Source of the DNA: an uncultured Opitutales bacterium
GTDB lineage: Bacteria > Verrucomicrobiota > Verrucomicrobiia > Opitutales > Intestinicryptomonadaceae
Direction of reading: 5' to 3'
DNA length: 32,000 nt
NCBI GenBank assembly: GCA_934613415.1
Contig: CAKTSY010000003.1
Location: 60,001 to 92,000, forward strand
Part shown: piece by piece, positions 6,934 to 15,218 of the stretch
How positions within the stretch are numbered: the first letter of the stretch is position 1
Layout: each line of letters starts with the position of its first letter
The notes under the pieces: model-generated
Databases searched by the model: none
Told to the model about the DNA's origin: nothing
The model's input: only the letters and a program-made list of their open reading frames with translations
Translations under genes and position numbers: made by a program

Positions 6934-9741
6934 TTACAGCTTGTCGGCGTCTATTTGCTCTAGAATTGTTCCGTCGCTATTGAATATGTTTTGGGGCTTT
7001 ATGCTTACCGAATATTTCGGGTCGGAAAATGTGTTGGAAACCTTTATTTGAATTGCGCCTATTAGCGGGTTAAAGGCGGTAGACGCTATTTTTGAAATAA
7101 GCGGCAGCGTTTCGCCGCCAAGCCACTTAAAATATAACTTTGCCGAAATTTCGTCGCTAAGGCAGTTGTATTTTGCCTTGCCGCTTATGGTCGACGAAGT
7201 CCCGTTTATTTCCAGCTTTTGGAACGACAATTCGCCGTTTTCAAGAGTAACCTGCGAAAGCAGTTTGTCGTACTTAAATGTTGCTATTGGGAAGTGTAAT
7301 TTTTCGAGAGCAACCGAAATGCCGCCCAAAATATTTAGCTTTGCCAAATTTTCGTTTTTCAATTCGGCGGTTACACTGCCGTTTATGCTTTTAAAATCGT
7401 CCAAATAGCCCTGGGCAGTTCCCTTTATATCTACCAAACCTTTTTCGGGGGCTTCGTCGGCTTTCTTTTTTGCGCCTGCCAAAGCCGCAATAAAATCTTC
7501 GGCACGCTGCTGGTCTATGCCGTCTACATCGAAAGCCGCCTTAAAAAATCGGCGTTTGTTTTCCTTTTTAACCGAAAACGCCCCCAAGTTTATTTTGCCG
7601 CCGCAAAAAACGCCGCTTACGTCTTTTATATCAAAATCTTCGTCTAAGCCCGTGCCAATTCCGCGTATGCTGTCGAAGGGAAAGCCGCCTATGTCTATAA
7701 ATTCGGGAATATCGAATTTAAATTTTATGTTTTGCTTTGCGTCTTTTTCGCGCGCCAAGTTCGCACAGCGCAAATCCAAATCTATGTTGGCATAGCCCGA
7801 AAAGCGCAAGACGTCTTTTAACTCGTCAACATCTTCGCCGCCAAGGGCAAACAAGGCGTCGCTTTTCATATTCGCATTTGCAATAACCCTGCGCTCGTAA
7901 TACTTGTCCAAGCCTTTGTCTGGATCGTATGTCCAGCACAAAGCCGCTTTTGCAAAGCCCTTGTCGGTATCTAAAATGTCTACGTCGTAAATCGAAATAA
8001 CCGAAGGATCTACATTTATCTTAAGCGACACGCCGCCAAAAAGGTGATTGTTATACAGCGCATCTTCGCCCTTTATTGAAACAAAACACCAGATAAAATC
8101 GGGATCGCCCCAGCGACTTTTTATGTAGGCATTTGCATACGGAAAACCTTTTTTAAATTCGAACTCGCCCATAATGCGGCTCCACCAGTCTTCCATAAAG
8201 TGGTTTATTGCGGCGGGCCTTAAAGTGCCGTCTATATAAAATTCGTAGTCTAGATTCTTTATATTTTGGTAAATGTCGCCTTTAATTTGCCAGCCTTCGG
8301 GCGAAGCTACAAAAGCGTTGCCCGCAAACAGCTCTCCGCTTTGCGAATCGAAAGTTATGTCGGCATACGACTCTACCGACGGTATTTTATAGAACACGCA
8401 ATTTTTGCCGGCAAACTTTGCCGAAACAAAAAACTGCATATTTTCCATATTAAAATCTGCACTGCCCGCCAAATATACTCCCTCGCTAAAGTCGAAATCG
8501 CGCAGCTCATCTACTTTCGGCATAAAACTAAAGCTGGTCGCAAACAGCGGGTTTTCGAAGGTGTTAAACTGCGCGCTGACATTTGCGCCGCTTCTGGTTG
8601 CGATAAGCTTTGTATAAAAATCGCCCTTTCTTTTTATGTATATTTCCGCCATTGTCGGGATATGGTCGGCAAGCGAAAGTTTGTCGGCATAAATATCGGC
8701 ATAGGCAAATCTTTGCCCGTCAAACAAAACGTCTACAGCCGAAATTTCGGCGTTAAACAACGCCTTGTTTTCGAAATCTACAAGCGCAAATGCGTCTAGA
8801 TTTTTCAGCGTGCTTTTGCCGAATATGTCGGCATAGCCTGCTTCGAGCATAACTTTTGCGGTTTTTTTGCTTATGTTTTGCTTCGACATTTGCGCCATAA
8901 CCGCAATGTTCTCAAACGAAACATCGCCCATATTTTCTACCGGAACAACCACCGAATTTGCACCGTATACAAGCTTTAAAGAGTCAAGTCCTTCGCTTGT
9001 AGCGTCGAAATTTACAACCAGTGCCGAGTTGCCGAACCTGTCGGCATATTCGCGGCCGCTCTCCAAAAATTTGCAGAAATTGTCCCACATTTTAGCAGGC
9101 GTTTTGTGCTGGGCTTTTTCTTTTTGTTCGGGCTTGTCTTTGCCGCGCTGCGCAAAAATTTTTTCGCTAAATGTGCCTGCTGCCCTAATTGCAACTCTGC
9201 CAAAGTGCGCCCTTAGTTTTTCCAGCCTCCACCAAATGCCGCTACCAGAAAGCGCAAAGCTTGTTTTTTCAAGCAGCCAGCCCTTTTCGGAGCCTTCGCT
9301 TGAATTTATTTTTGCGTTTTCAACATAAATTTTGTTTACAAGAAATTCGCCCCTAAGCAGGGCTAAAACGGAGATGTCTACAACAACTTTGTCGGCGTTT
9401 AAAAATTCCGCCGAAGTTCCCGCAAACCTTAGCGACAGGCCTCTTATTTGAACCTGTCCTTTTGCGTTAATCCTTATGTCGTTTTCGTTGGCAACAACGC
9501 CCTGTTTGGATAAATGCGAATGCAGCAATTCAACAAAAGAATCGTTTACTGCAAACGAAACGGAATAGGCAAGCGCAAGCAACAGCGCACTTTGCGCCAA
9601 CAACGCCGCGAACAAAAAGACGTTGAATATGTAAAGAGCCGTCTGCAATGCCCTTTTAACGGCTTTGCCGAAAGCGTTGTCTTTCGATATTTTCACCTTA
9701 TTTTGCGTTTTGCGCCTGCGTTTGAGACGAGTTTGCCCCAA
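6934..9741 (-). CDS. AsmA-like (AsmA/TamB/YhdP superfamily) envelope protein, N-terminal membrane anchor
   Basis: A basic N-terminus is followed by the TM helix ALQTALYIFNVFLFAALLAQSALLLALAYSV. The AsmA-type N-terminal pattern follows (IRINAKGQVQIRGLSLRF...ADKVVVDISVLALLRGEFLVNKIYVENAKI). The C-terminal AsmA_2-like segment is FDKLLSQVTLENGELSFQKLEINGTSSTISGKAKY. The start is uncertain: TTG 9741 overlaps the upstream gene by 44 nt, while GTG 9696 lies 1 nt after its stop. Confidence 0.7.
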   Translation of the reverse strand: MGQTRLKRRRKTQNKVKISKDNAFGKAVKRALQTALYIFNVFLFAALLAQSALLLALAYSVSFAVNDSFVELLHSHLSKQGVVANENDIRINAKGQVQIRGLSLRFAGTSAEFLNADKVVVDISVLALLRGEFLVNKIYVENAKINSSEGSEKGWLLEKTSFALSGSGIWWRLEKLRAHFGRVAIRAAGTFSEKIFAQRGKDKPEQKEKAQHKTPAKMWDNFCKFLESGREYADRFGNSALVVNFDATSEGLDSLKLVYGANSVVVPVENMGDVSFENIAVMAQMSKQNISKKTAKVMLEAGYADIFGKSTLKNLDAFALVDFENKALFNAEISAVDVLFDGQRFAYADIYADKLSLADHIPTMAEIYIKRKGDFYTKLIATRSGANVSAQFNTFENPLFATSFSFMPKVDELRDFDFSEGVYLAGSADFNMENMQFFVSAKFAGKNCVFYKIPSVESYADITFDSQSGELFAGNAFVASPEGWQIKGDIYQNIKNLDYEFYIDGTLRPAAINHFMEDWWSRIMGEFEFKKGFPYANAYIKSRWGDPDFIWCFVSIKGEDALYNNHLFGGVSLKINVDPSVISIYDVDILDTDKGFAKAALCWTYDPDKGLDKYYERRVIANANMKSDALFALGGEDVDELKDVLRFSGYANIDLDLRCANLAREKDAKQNIKFKFDIPEFIDIGGFPFDSIRGIGTGLDEDFDIKDVSGVFCGGKINLGAFSVKKENKRRFFKAAFDVDGIDQQRAEDFIAALAGAKKKADEAPEKGLVDIKGTAQGYLDDFKSINGSVTAELKNENLAKLNILGGISVALEKLHFPIATFKYDKLLSQVTLENGELSFQKLEINGTSSTISGKAKYNCLSDEISAKLYFKWLGGETLPLISKIASTAFNPLIGAIQIKVSNTFSDPKYSVSIKPQNIFNSDGTILEQIDADKL

Positions 9742-11548
9742 GCTCGTACAGTGCCGCCGACAACTTTGGGTCTAGCAGCACAAGCTCGCCGTTTACAAGC
9801 GCAAATTGTTCGTTTGCCGAAATCCTTTCGCCGAAGGGAATCTGCAAAGTCGAAATTTCGTCGGTGCCCGTTCCGGGGGTGGAAATTTCAACGCAAAGTT
9901 TGTAAAGCCAGTCGCTCTTTTTAGAGTTTATCGTATAAGACGCGGCGTCTGCAACGCCCTTTGCATAGGCTTTAATGTAGAATTTTTTAGCAAAGTCTGC
10001 CAATGTTTTTAGGGCGTTTTTCTTTTGCAAAGAAAGGTTTTGCGCACCACCCAAATTTTCGCCGTTTTGGGCCGCTGCATAAAACAGTGGCTTTTCGCTT
10101 TTTAAGTCTAAAATAGATATCGAAACAATTTTCGATTTTTCGGGCATCGAAAACGACAACTTGCTTTTATAGTCTAAAAAGTCTGGCTTAAAGTTGCGTA
10201 TAAGCTCGCCGCTTATTCCGTAAATGCTGGGGTTTGAATCTACTTTAGCGTAGTACAAAGTAGCCGCCCCCTCTTTGTAAGGCTTGCCAATGCTTATGGT
10301 TTTTCGCGCGTTGTCGGCAAACGCCAAAGTTATCTTAAGCGAGGGATTGTCCAAGCCAAATTGCGCCAAATTTTCGTCGGGCAAATCGCTTACATACGAA
10401 TACGCTATTGTGTTTCTCAACGCCGACAATATGCGCGAAACCGTTGCGGCATCGGCGCTTGTGGGGGCTATTACGGTTTCGCCGCGCTTGCCCGAAACGT
10501 CCCATGCGTCGCCTACCTTTTTAAGGTTTACCATATCCGAACCCGAAGCGATTTCTATTTGCTGGCACGAGTGTTCGGGGAATCTGAAAATATTTTTTTC
10601 CCTCAAAGAATTTTGAAGGGCTGCCAAGTTTTCGAAGGGGGCCAAATCGAGAGTGAAAATTGTGGGGTTGCCAGCAATCTTTGCATAGATTTTGCCTTTT
10701 GCGGAATCGGCTTTGCCGAAATAGATTGTCTGCGAGCGGTTTGTGCCGTCTAGTGTCATACTTATCGGCCACGACATTGCGTCTAGCCCGGCCTCCACTT
10801 CGCTTACATTTTCAAAACTTTTTATTAAAGCCGACGAAACCGCATTTATAAACGCGTCTACCGCATGGCTCGAAGCCGCCGCCGAAATGGGAGTTTCGAA
10901 ACGCCATTTACCCTCGGCATTGCGGGTTAGCCCTATTCTTTTCCACGAAGTTTTTGCCCTTGTTTTTGCGTCTTCTAAGGGCAGCCTTAAGGTTATGGAA
11001 GCTATTTCGAATTTGGGAATGTCTATAACGCTTTGGCTGCGCAAACGCTCTATGTCTACCATAAGCGCATCGGCAAGCTCTCTGTCGGCAACAACAACCC
11101 TGTTTTGCATAGAGTCTAGCATATAAACCTTGTCGCCAACCGATGCGTTTTTGCCTATTTTTAGCGAATACATTGTTTTGCCGTCGCCGTACTTAAACAC
11201 GCAAACGGGTTCTTTTAGGCCGTAGTCGTCTAAACTTTGCCCGTGCGAGGCAATTTCGGAAACCGAAAAACCGTTTTCGCTGTCTAAAAATTCCAAATTT
11301 CTTAAAATTCTGTTTACCGCAAAATAGTTTGCCTGCCACTGAATTGGCGAAATTATGCGCCACTTGTTGTTTTCGAACACCAAAATGCGGGGCTTGTCTA
11401 CGTTCTTGCCGTCTACCTGAAGCCTTGTAATTTCAACCAAAGCCCTCTGGCTTTGCGCTGGGGCCGCCTGCGAAAATTCAAGTTTAAATATGGCAAGCAG
11501 CGCGGCCACATTGGCAATCAAAAGAAAAATCGTAAAACGTATCCGCAT
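9698..11548 (-). CDS. DUF4340-like single-pass membrane/periplasmic protein (616 aa), partner of GldG-type ABC systems
   Basis: The start was moved to ATG 11548 (MRIRFTIFLLIANVAALLAIF, signal-anchor), preceded by AGGAGG. The body is long and beta-rich. It sits immediately after a GldG-like gene, as is typical for DUF4340. The family call rests on pattern and context, not on a search. Confidence 0.6.
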   Translation of the reverse strand: MRIRFTIFLLIANVAALLAIFKLEFSQAAPAQSQRALVEITRLQVDGKNVDKPRILVFENNKWRIISPIQWQANYFAVNRILRNLEFLDSENGFSVSEIASHGQSLDDYGLKEPVCVFKYGDGKTMYSLKIGKNASVGDKVYMLDSMQNRVVVADRELADALMVDIERLRSQSVIDIPKFEIASITLRLPLEDAKTRAKTSWKRIGLTRNAEGKWRFETPISAAASSHAVDAFINAVSSALIKSFENVSEVEAGLDAMSWPISMTLDGTNRSQTIYFGKADSAKGKIYAKIAGNPTIFTLDLAPFENLAALQNSLREKNIFRFPEHSCQQIEIASGSDMVNLKKVGDAWDVSGKRGETVIAPTSADAATVSRILSALRNTIAYSYVSDLPDENLAQFGLDNPSLKITLAFADNARKTISIGKPYKEGAATLYYAKVDSNPSIYGISGELIRNFKPDFLDYKSKLSFSMPEKSKIVSISILDLKSEKPLFYAAAQNGENLGGAQNLSLQKKNALKTLADFAKKFYIKAYAKGVADAASYTINSKKSDWLYKLCVEISTPGTGTDEISTLQIPFGERISANEQFALVNGELVLLDPKLSAALYELGANSSQTQAQNAK

Positions 11549-11555
11549 AATAAAA

Positions 11556-13037
11556 CTACCTCCTAAAGAAAGAAACCAAAAGCCCAATTATTGCAATAAA
11601 CGCAGGCAAAAGCGCAAACCTAAACGCAAGAGAAAACACATCGCCTTCGCTGAGCGTAATAGAATACTTGCTCATCGAGCGCGGCACAATGTTAAGCATA
11701 CTGTCTCTTTCAAGCATCCAGTTTACGGTATTGTATAAAAGCTTAGAGTTGCCCAAGCGGTTGAAAAGTCTGTTCGAGGCAAAGTCTTCGTCGCCAAAAA
11801 CTGCAAGTTTGCCGCCGGGTATTTTTAGCCCCAAATCGTTGTTGCCCGTGCGCGATGCTACCATTGCAACGGGAACGGGGCCTTTAAAATCAACCGCTTC
11901 GTCGTACTTAAAGCCCGAATTTTTGTAGTTTTTCTCCGCCCAGCTTGCAGGGGTGCTATACATTAAAACGTCTCTTTTAATGCTTTCGTCTATGGCGGCT
12001 CCCATATCCTCCCTTACCATTCTTGTAGAGCCGAACTGAAGGGGCAAATCGGCATCTACCAAATAGCGAACAATCTTGTGCGGATTTTGCGAAAAGCTTT
12101 TTACAACCAAGTCACCCCCCGTGCTTTCGCCCGAATTTGCGGCTTCTATAACCATTGCATCGTCGGTGCGAATGCCCCAGTCGAACAGAATTTCGTCTAG
12201 ACCGTTCGTGTCGCCCATACCGAAAAACATAATTATGTTGCCGTTCGATTTTAACAGGTAGTTTTTAAGCAAATCTATTTCGCGCGGCAAAAAGGTTGCC
12301 TGCGGAGCTGCAATAACAATAAGGGCGGCGTTTTGCGGAATTTGTTTTGCCTCGGTTAAATTTAAGTCGGCAATTTTGAAATTGCGGCTTGTTAAATACG
12401 ATGCAAATTCCGACATACCCTTTATAGGATCGGCACTGCGGTAGCTCATTTCGCCGTGGCCGGAAAGGAAATATATTTTGCCGTCGTCGTTTTGCGTTAC
12501 CGAAAGCATTGCCGAACTTATCGCCTGCTCGCCCTTCCACGAAACTTTGTTCGGGGCGTTAAGGTCGTATAAATCCGAAAGGCTTAAAATCTTGAATTTT
12601 TTTGCGGCGTTGTTCGAAACAATCACGCTGTTTTCTATGTCTTTGCCGAACTTTGATACAATTTCCTCTACCTTTTTACTTTCTATATGGGGATTTATAA
12701 AATGCGCCCTTATCTTTGCCGAGTTTTTCATCGACAAATATTCGTATTGGGAAAGGGTTTTGTGAAGGTCTTTTAAAACCGAATCGCCGTCTAAGTCGCC
12801 TATGCCGCGCCTTACGGTAACGTAAATGTCTATGGGCTCTTTTAGGCCGTTTATATATGCCGTGCTTTCAAGCGAAAGCGAGTTTTTGCGGTTTTCGGAA
12901 ATATCGAATTTAAAGTAGTGCCTTGCCGCCAAAAAGTTTAGCGACAAAAACAGCAAAACACCCAAGAAAATCTGAATTGTTAGGTTCAGGGTATTTGCCT
13001 TGCGCGCAAATCTAAAATCTTTAAAAGCCGCTCTCAT
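11556..13037 (-). CDS. GldG-like ABC-transporter auxiliary protein (ABC_transp_aux family), 493 aa
   Basis: The start was moved to ATG 13037, which overlaps the permease stop (ATGA, 13034-13037). It has the N-terminal TM LTIQIFLGVLLFLSLNFLAA followed by FDISENRKNSLS, the motif KIYFLSGHGE, and the C-terminal TM FALLPAFIAIIGLLVSFF. Confidence 0.8.
   Translation of the reverse strand: MRAAFKDFRFARKANTLNLTIQIFLGVLLFLSLNFLAARHYFKFDISENRKNSLSLESTAYINGLKEPIDIYVTVRRGIGDLDGDSVLKDLHKTLSQYEYLSMKNSAKIRAHFINPHIESKKVEEIVSKFGKDIENSVIVSNNAAKKFKILSLSDLYDLNAPNKVSWKGEQAISSAMLSVTQNDDGKIYFLSGHGEMSYRSADPIKGMSEFASYLTSRNFKIADLNLTEAKQIPQNAALIVIAAPQATFLPREIDLLKNYLLKSNGNIIMFFGMGDTNGLDEILFDWGIRTDDAMVIEAANSGESTGGDLVVKSFSQNPHKIVRYLVDADLPLQFGSTRMVREDMGAAIDESIKRDVLMYSTPASWAEKNYKNSGFKYDEAVDFKGPVPVAMVASRTGNNDLGLKIPGGKLAVFGDEDFASNRLFNRLGNSKLLYNTVNWMLERDSMLNIVPRSMSKYSITLSEGDVFSLAFRFALLPAFIAIIGLLVSFFRR
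11559..11564 (-). promoter_or_regulatory. Shine-Dalgarno AGGAGG for the DUF4340 gene (the only strong SD noticed in the window)
   Basis: The minus strand reads AGGAGGTAGTTTTATTATG. The SD is embedded in the last codons and stop of the GldG-like gene, 10 nt before ATG 11548. Confidence 0.5.
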
Positions 13038-13798
13038 CTGCGTATGTCCATAACTATTGTTGTTATCGCCAAAAACAGGGCGCAAATGCTAGAATAGTAA
13101 AAGAAGGGCCTAGTATCCAACATTGCCGAACCGAAATCTTCCAAATGCTTAAAGGTTTGCATATAATCGGCCAAGGCTCCAAACCAGGCAAAGCTTCCGC
13201 TTTCGGGAATGTAGAATTTGTTTAAAAGCCCCCCGCCTATAAGCACGCAAAACAGCATGCAAAAGCTAAGCATTGCGGCAACTAGCGTAGTGCGCGTCAA
13301 AGACGAGGCAAAAACGCCTATTGCAACGTAGCTTAGCCCGCTTATAAAGATAAATAAATAGCCAGAAACCGTCTCGCCCAGCGAAAACACACCGCCATTT
13401 ACCGCCGAATGCGGTATAAACAAAAGAGTTATAAGCGGGAAAATCAAAGTAATGGCCCAAAGCAAAACATAATATAGGTAGCACGCCGCAAACTTTGCCG
13501 CCACTATTTGGAAAATGCTAACGGGCGTTGTCATTAAAGCATCTAACACGCCCGACTTTTTTTCGTCGGCAAAGCTGCGCATTGTAAGAATGGGCACCAA
13601 AAACAAAACGGGAATCCAAAACACCGCCAAAAACTTTTCGGTTGCCGACACGGTAGACGCCCTTTCGCTTAAATCCACCAAGCTTAGCAGGTATATAAAG
13701 CCCATAAACGCCGTAAACAGCACGCCTGCAACGTATGTAGACGGGCTTAGCATCATCATATACACCTGATTCGAAAACATTGTATAAAATTTTTTCAT
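13034..13798 (-). CDS. ABC-2 type transporter permease (GldF-like), 254 aa
   Basis: About six hydrophobic helices. It lies between an ABC ATPase and a GldG-like gene, with a 6-nt gap to the ATPase gene. Confidence 0.8.
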   Translation of the reverse strand: MKKFYTMFSNQVYMMMLSPSTYVAGVLFTAFMGFIYLLSLVDLSERASTVSATEKFLAVFWIPVLFLVPILTMRSFADEKKSGVLDALMTTPVSIFQIVAAKFAACYLYYVLLWAITLIFPLITLLFIPHSAVNGGVFSLGETVSGYLFIFISGLSYVAIGVFASSLTRTTLVAAMLSFCMLFCVLIGGGLLNKFYIPESGSFAWFGALADYMQTFKHLEDFGSAMLDTRPFFYYSSICALFLAITTIVMDIRR

Positions 13799-13804
13799 TC
13801 GCTT

Positions 13805-14809
13805 TTACGAGTCTTTGTTTTTTATATCGACAACGCTTTCCCAGCTGCGTTTTGTAGCCGCCATAAATATGTCTTCAAGCGTGGGCTTTTTGCGGTAAAC
13901 CTCTCTAAGACGCAATGCCGTGTCTTTCGAAAGCTCGCAAACAATCTTTTCGCCCATATCTTCTGGTATCGGCGTTTTTACGGTAAATTCCGAAAAGCCT
14001 TCGTCGTCTTGCTTGGTTGCAGAATCCAAAACAAGAGAAGAGTCTATTATACCAAGCAAATTTTGCATTTGCTCGGACGAAGCTTTTGCGGATATTTTGT
14101 ATACGCTTTCGGTTATAAATTCGCGGCGCAATTCGTCGGGACTGCCGTTGGCTACAATTTCGCCCTGATTTATTATTATAACCCTGTCGCACATAAGCTC
14201 TATTTCGGGCAGTATGTGGCTGCTTATAATAACGCTCATTTCGCCCCTAAGCGAATTTATCAGGCGGCGTATCGCCAAAATCTGGTGCGGGTCTAGCCCT
14301 ATGGTGGGCTCGTCCATAATGATAACTTCGGGCTTTGCCAAAATTGCGTCGGCAATGCCAACCCTTTGCCTAAAACCTTTCGAAAGATTGCCTATTATGC
14401 GCTTTGCTGCCTTTCTTTTAAGCTGGCAAATTTCCATAACCTCGTCTACTCTGGCCTTGTATTCGCGGCGAGACAATCCCTTAATTTTTGCCCTGTAGCG
14501 CAAATATTCAATAACGCGCATATCTTCGGGCAGGGGGTTGTTTTCAAGCATAAAGCCTATGTGTTTTTGCGCCAAATCGGGGTAGTTTGCAACGCTTTCG
14601 CCGCAAATGTAGGCGCAGCCGCTGGTGGCTGGCATCAACCCGCTTATTATGCGCATAGTCGTGCTTTTCCCCGCCCCGTTTGGACCCAGAAAACCGAGTA
14701 TCTCGCCCTTTTTAATCGAGAACGAGACATCGTCTAAAGCTTTCAGTTCGCCGTATTTCTTTGTTAAGTGGCTTACGACGACCGAATAATTTTCGCCCGC
14801 TTCGGCCAT
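13805..14809 (-). CDS. ABC transporter ATP-binding protein (GldA-like) with C-terminal accessory domain
   Basis: Walker A GPNGAGKSTT, signature LSKGFRQRVGIA, Walker B IIMDEPTIGLDP, H-loop SSHIL, and a ~90-aa C-terminal extension. Confidence 0.9.
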   Translation of the reverse strand: MAEAGENYSVVVSHLTKKYGELKALDDVSFSIKKGEILGFLGPNGAGKSTTMRIISGLMPATSGCAYICGESVANYPDLAQKHIGFMLENNPLPEDMRVIEYLRYRAKIKGLSRREYKARVDEVMEICQLKRKAAKRIIGNLSKGFRQRVGIADAILAKPEVIIMDEPTIGLDPHQILAIRRLINSLRGEMSVIISSHILPEIELMCDRVIIINQGEIVANGSPDELRREFITESVYKISAKASSEQMQNLLGIIDSSLVLDSATKQDDEGFSEFTVKTPIPEDMGEKIVCELSKDTALRLREVYRKKPTLEDIFMAATKRSWESVVDIKNKDS

Positions 14810-14821
14810 AGCGACTTTCGG

Positions 14822-15181
14822 CTATGCCACTTTCTTTGCTATGTACGACTTAATGTCGCCCAAAGTGCGCAATGTGGCAATATCGTCGTTGTCTATAGAA
14901 GTTCCAATGGCTTCTTCAACGGCAAGAACAATTTCCACCATTGTAAGCGAGTCGAAACCCAATTCGTCGGTAATTACCATATCGTCGGAGGGGTTTTTAA
15001 GAAGGGGTTTTTTGTCGTCTTCGGCAAATCTTTCGAGAATGCCCAAAACTATGGGGGTAATCAATGCAATGTTGCCGGTTTTTCTGAAAGATACGGCCGC
15101 GTCTATAGTCTCTTGCGAGCATTTTTTTAGGTTCTCTCTAAGAACCGCTTCGTCTTCTGCTGATAAGTTCATATTGTTCAT
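14822..15181 (-). CDS. Acyl carrier protein-like protein with a ~40-aa N-terminal extension (119 aa)
   Basis: Canonical phosphopantetheine site ELGFDSLTMVEIVLAVEEAIG (Ser78, nt 14948-14950) and a helix IV-like LGDIKSYIAKK. An extra N-terminal segment, MNNMNLSAEDEAVLRENLKKCSQETIDAAVSFRKTGNIAL, precedes the ACP fold. Confidence 0.75.
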   Translation of the reverse strand: MNNMNLSAEDEAVLRENLKKCSQETIDAAVSFRKTGNIALITPIVLGILERFAEDDKKPLLKNPSDDMVITDELGFDSLTMVEIVLAVEEAIGTSIDNDDIATLRTLGDIKSYIAKKVA

Positions 15182-15188
15182 AAAAGTA

Positions 15189-15216
15189 AGTATTAAAATT
15201 TTGCCGAGCTTTTCAA
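15189..15216 (-). promoter_or_regulatory. Candidate sigma70-like promoter, TTGAAA-16-AATACT, ending 7 nt before the ACP ATG (leaderless geometry)
   Basis: The minus strand reads TAG-AA-TTGAAA(15216-15211)-16 nt-AATACT(15194-15189)-TACTTTT-ATG(15181). It lies in the 37-nt gap after the beta-helix gene stop. Confidence 0.35.
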
Positions 15217-15218
15217 TT

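Noticed and set aside
11549-11587. Longer starts for the DUF4340 gene (11587) and the GldG-like gene (13085)
   Set aside because: Downstream ATGs give an SD-preceded start (11548) and a classic ATGA stop-start overlap (13037). Each is followed directly by the expected membrane anchor.
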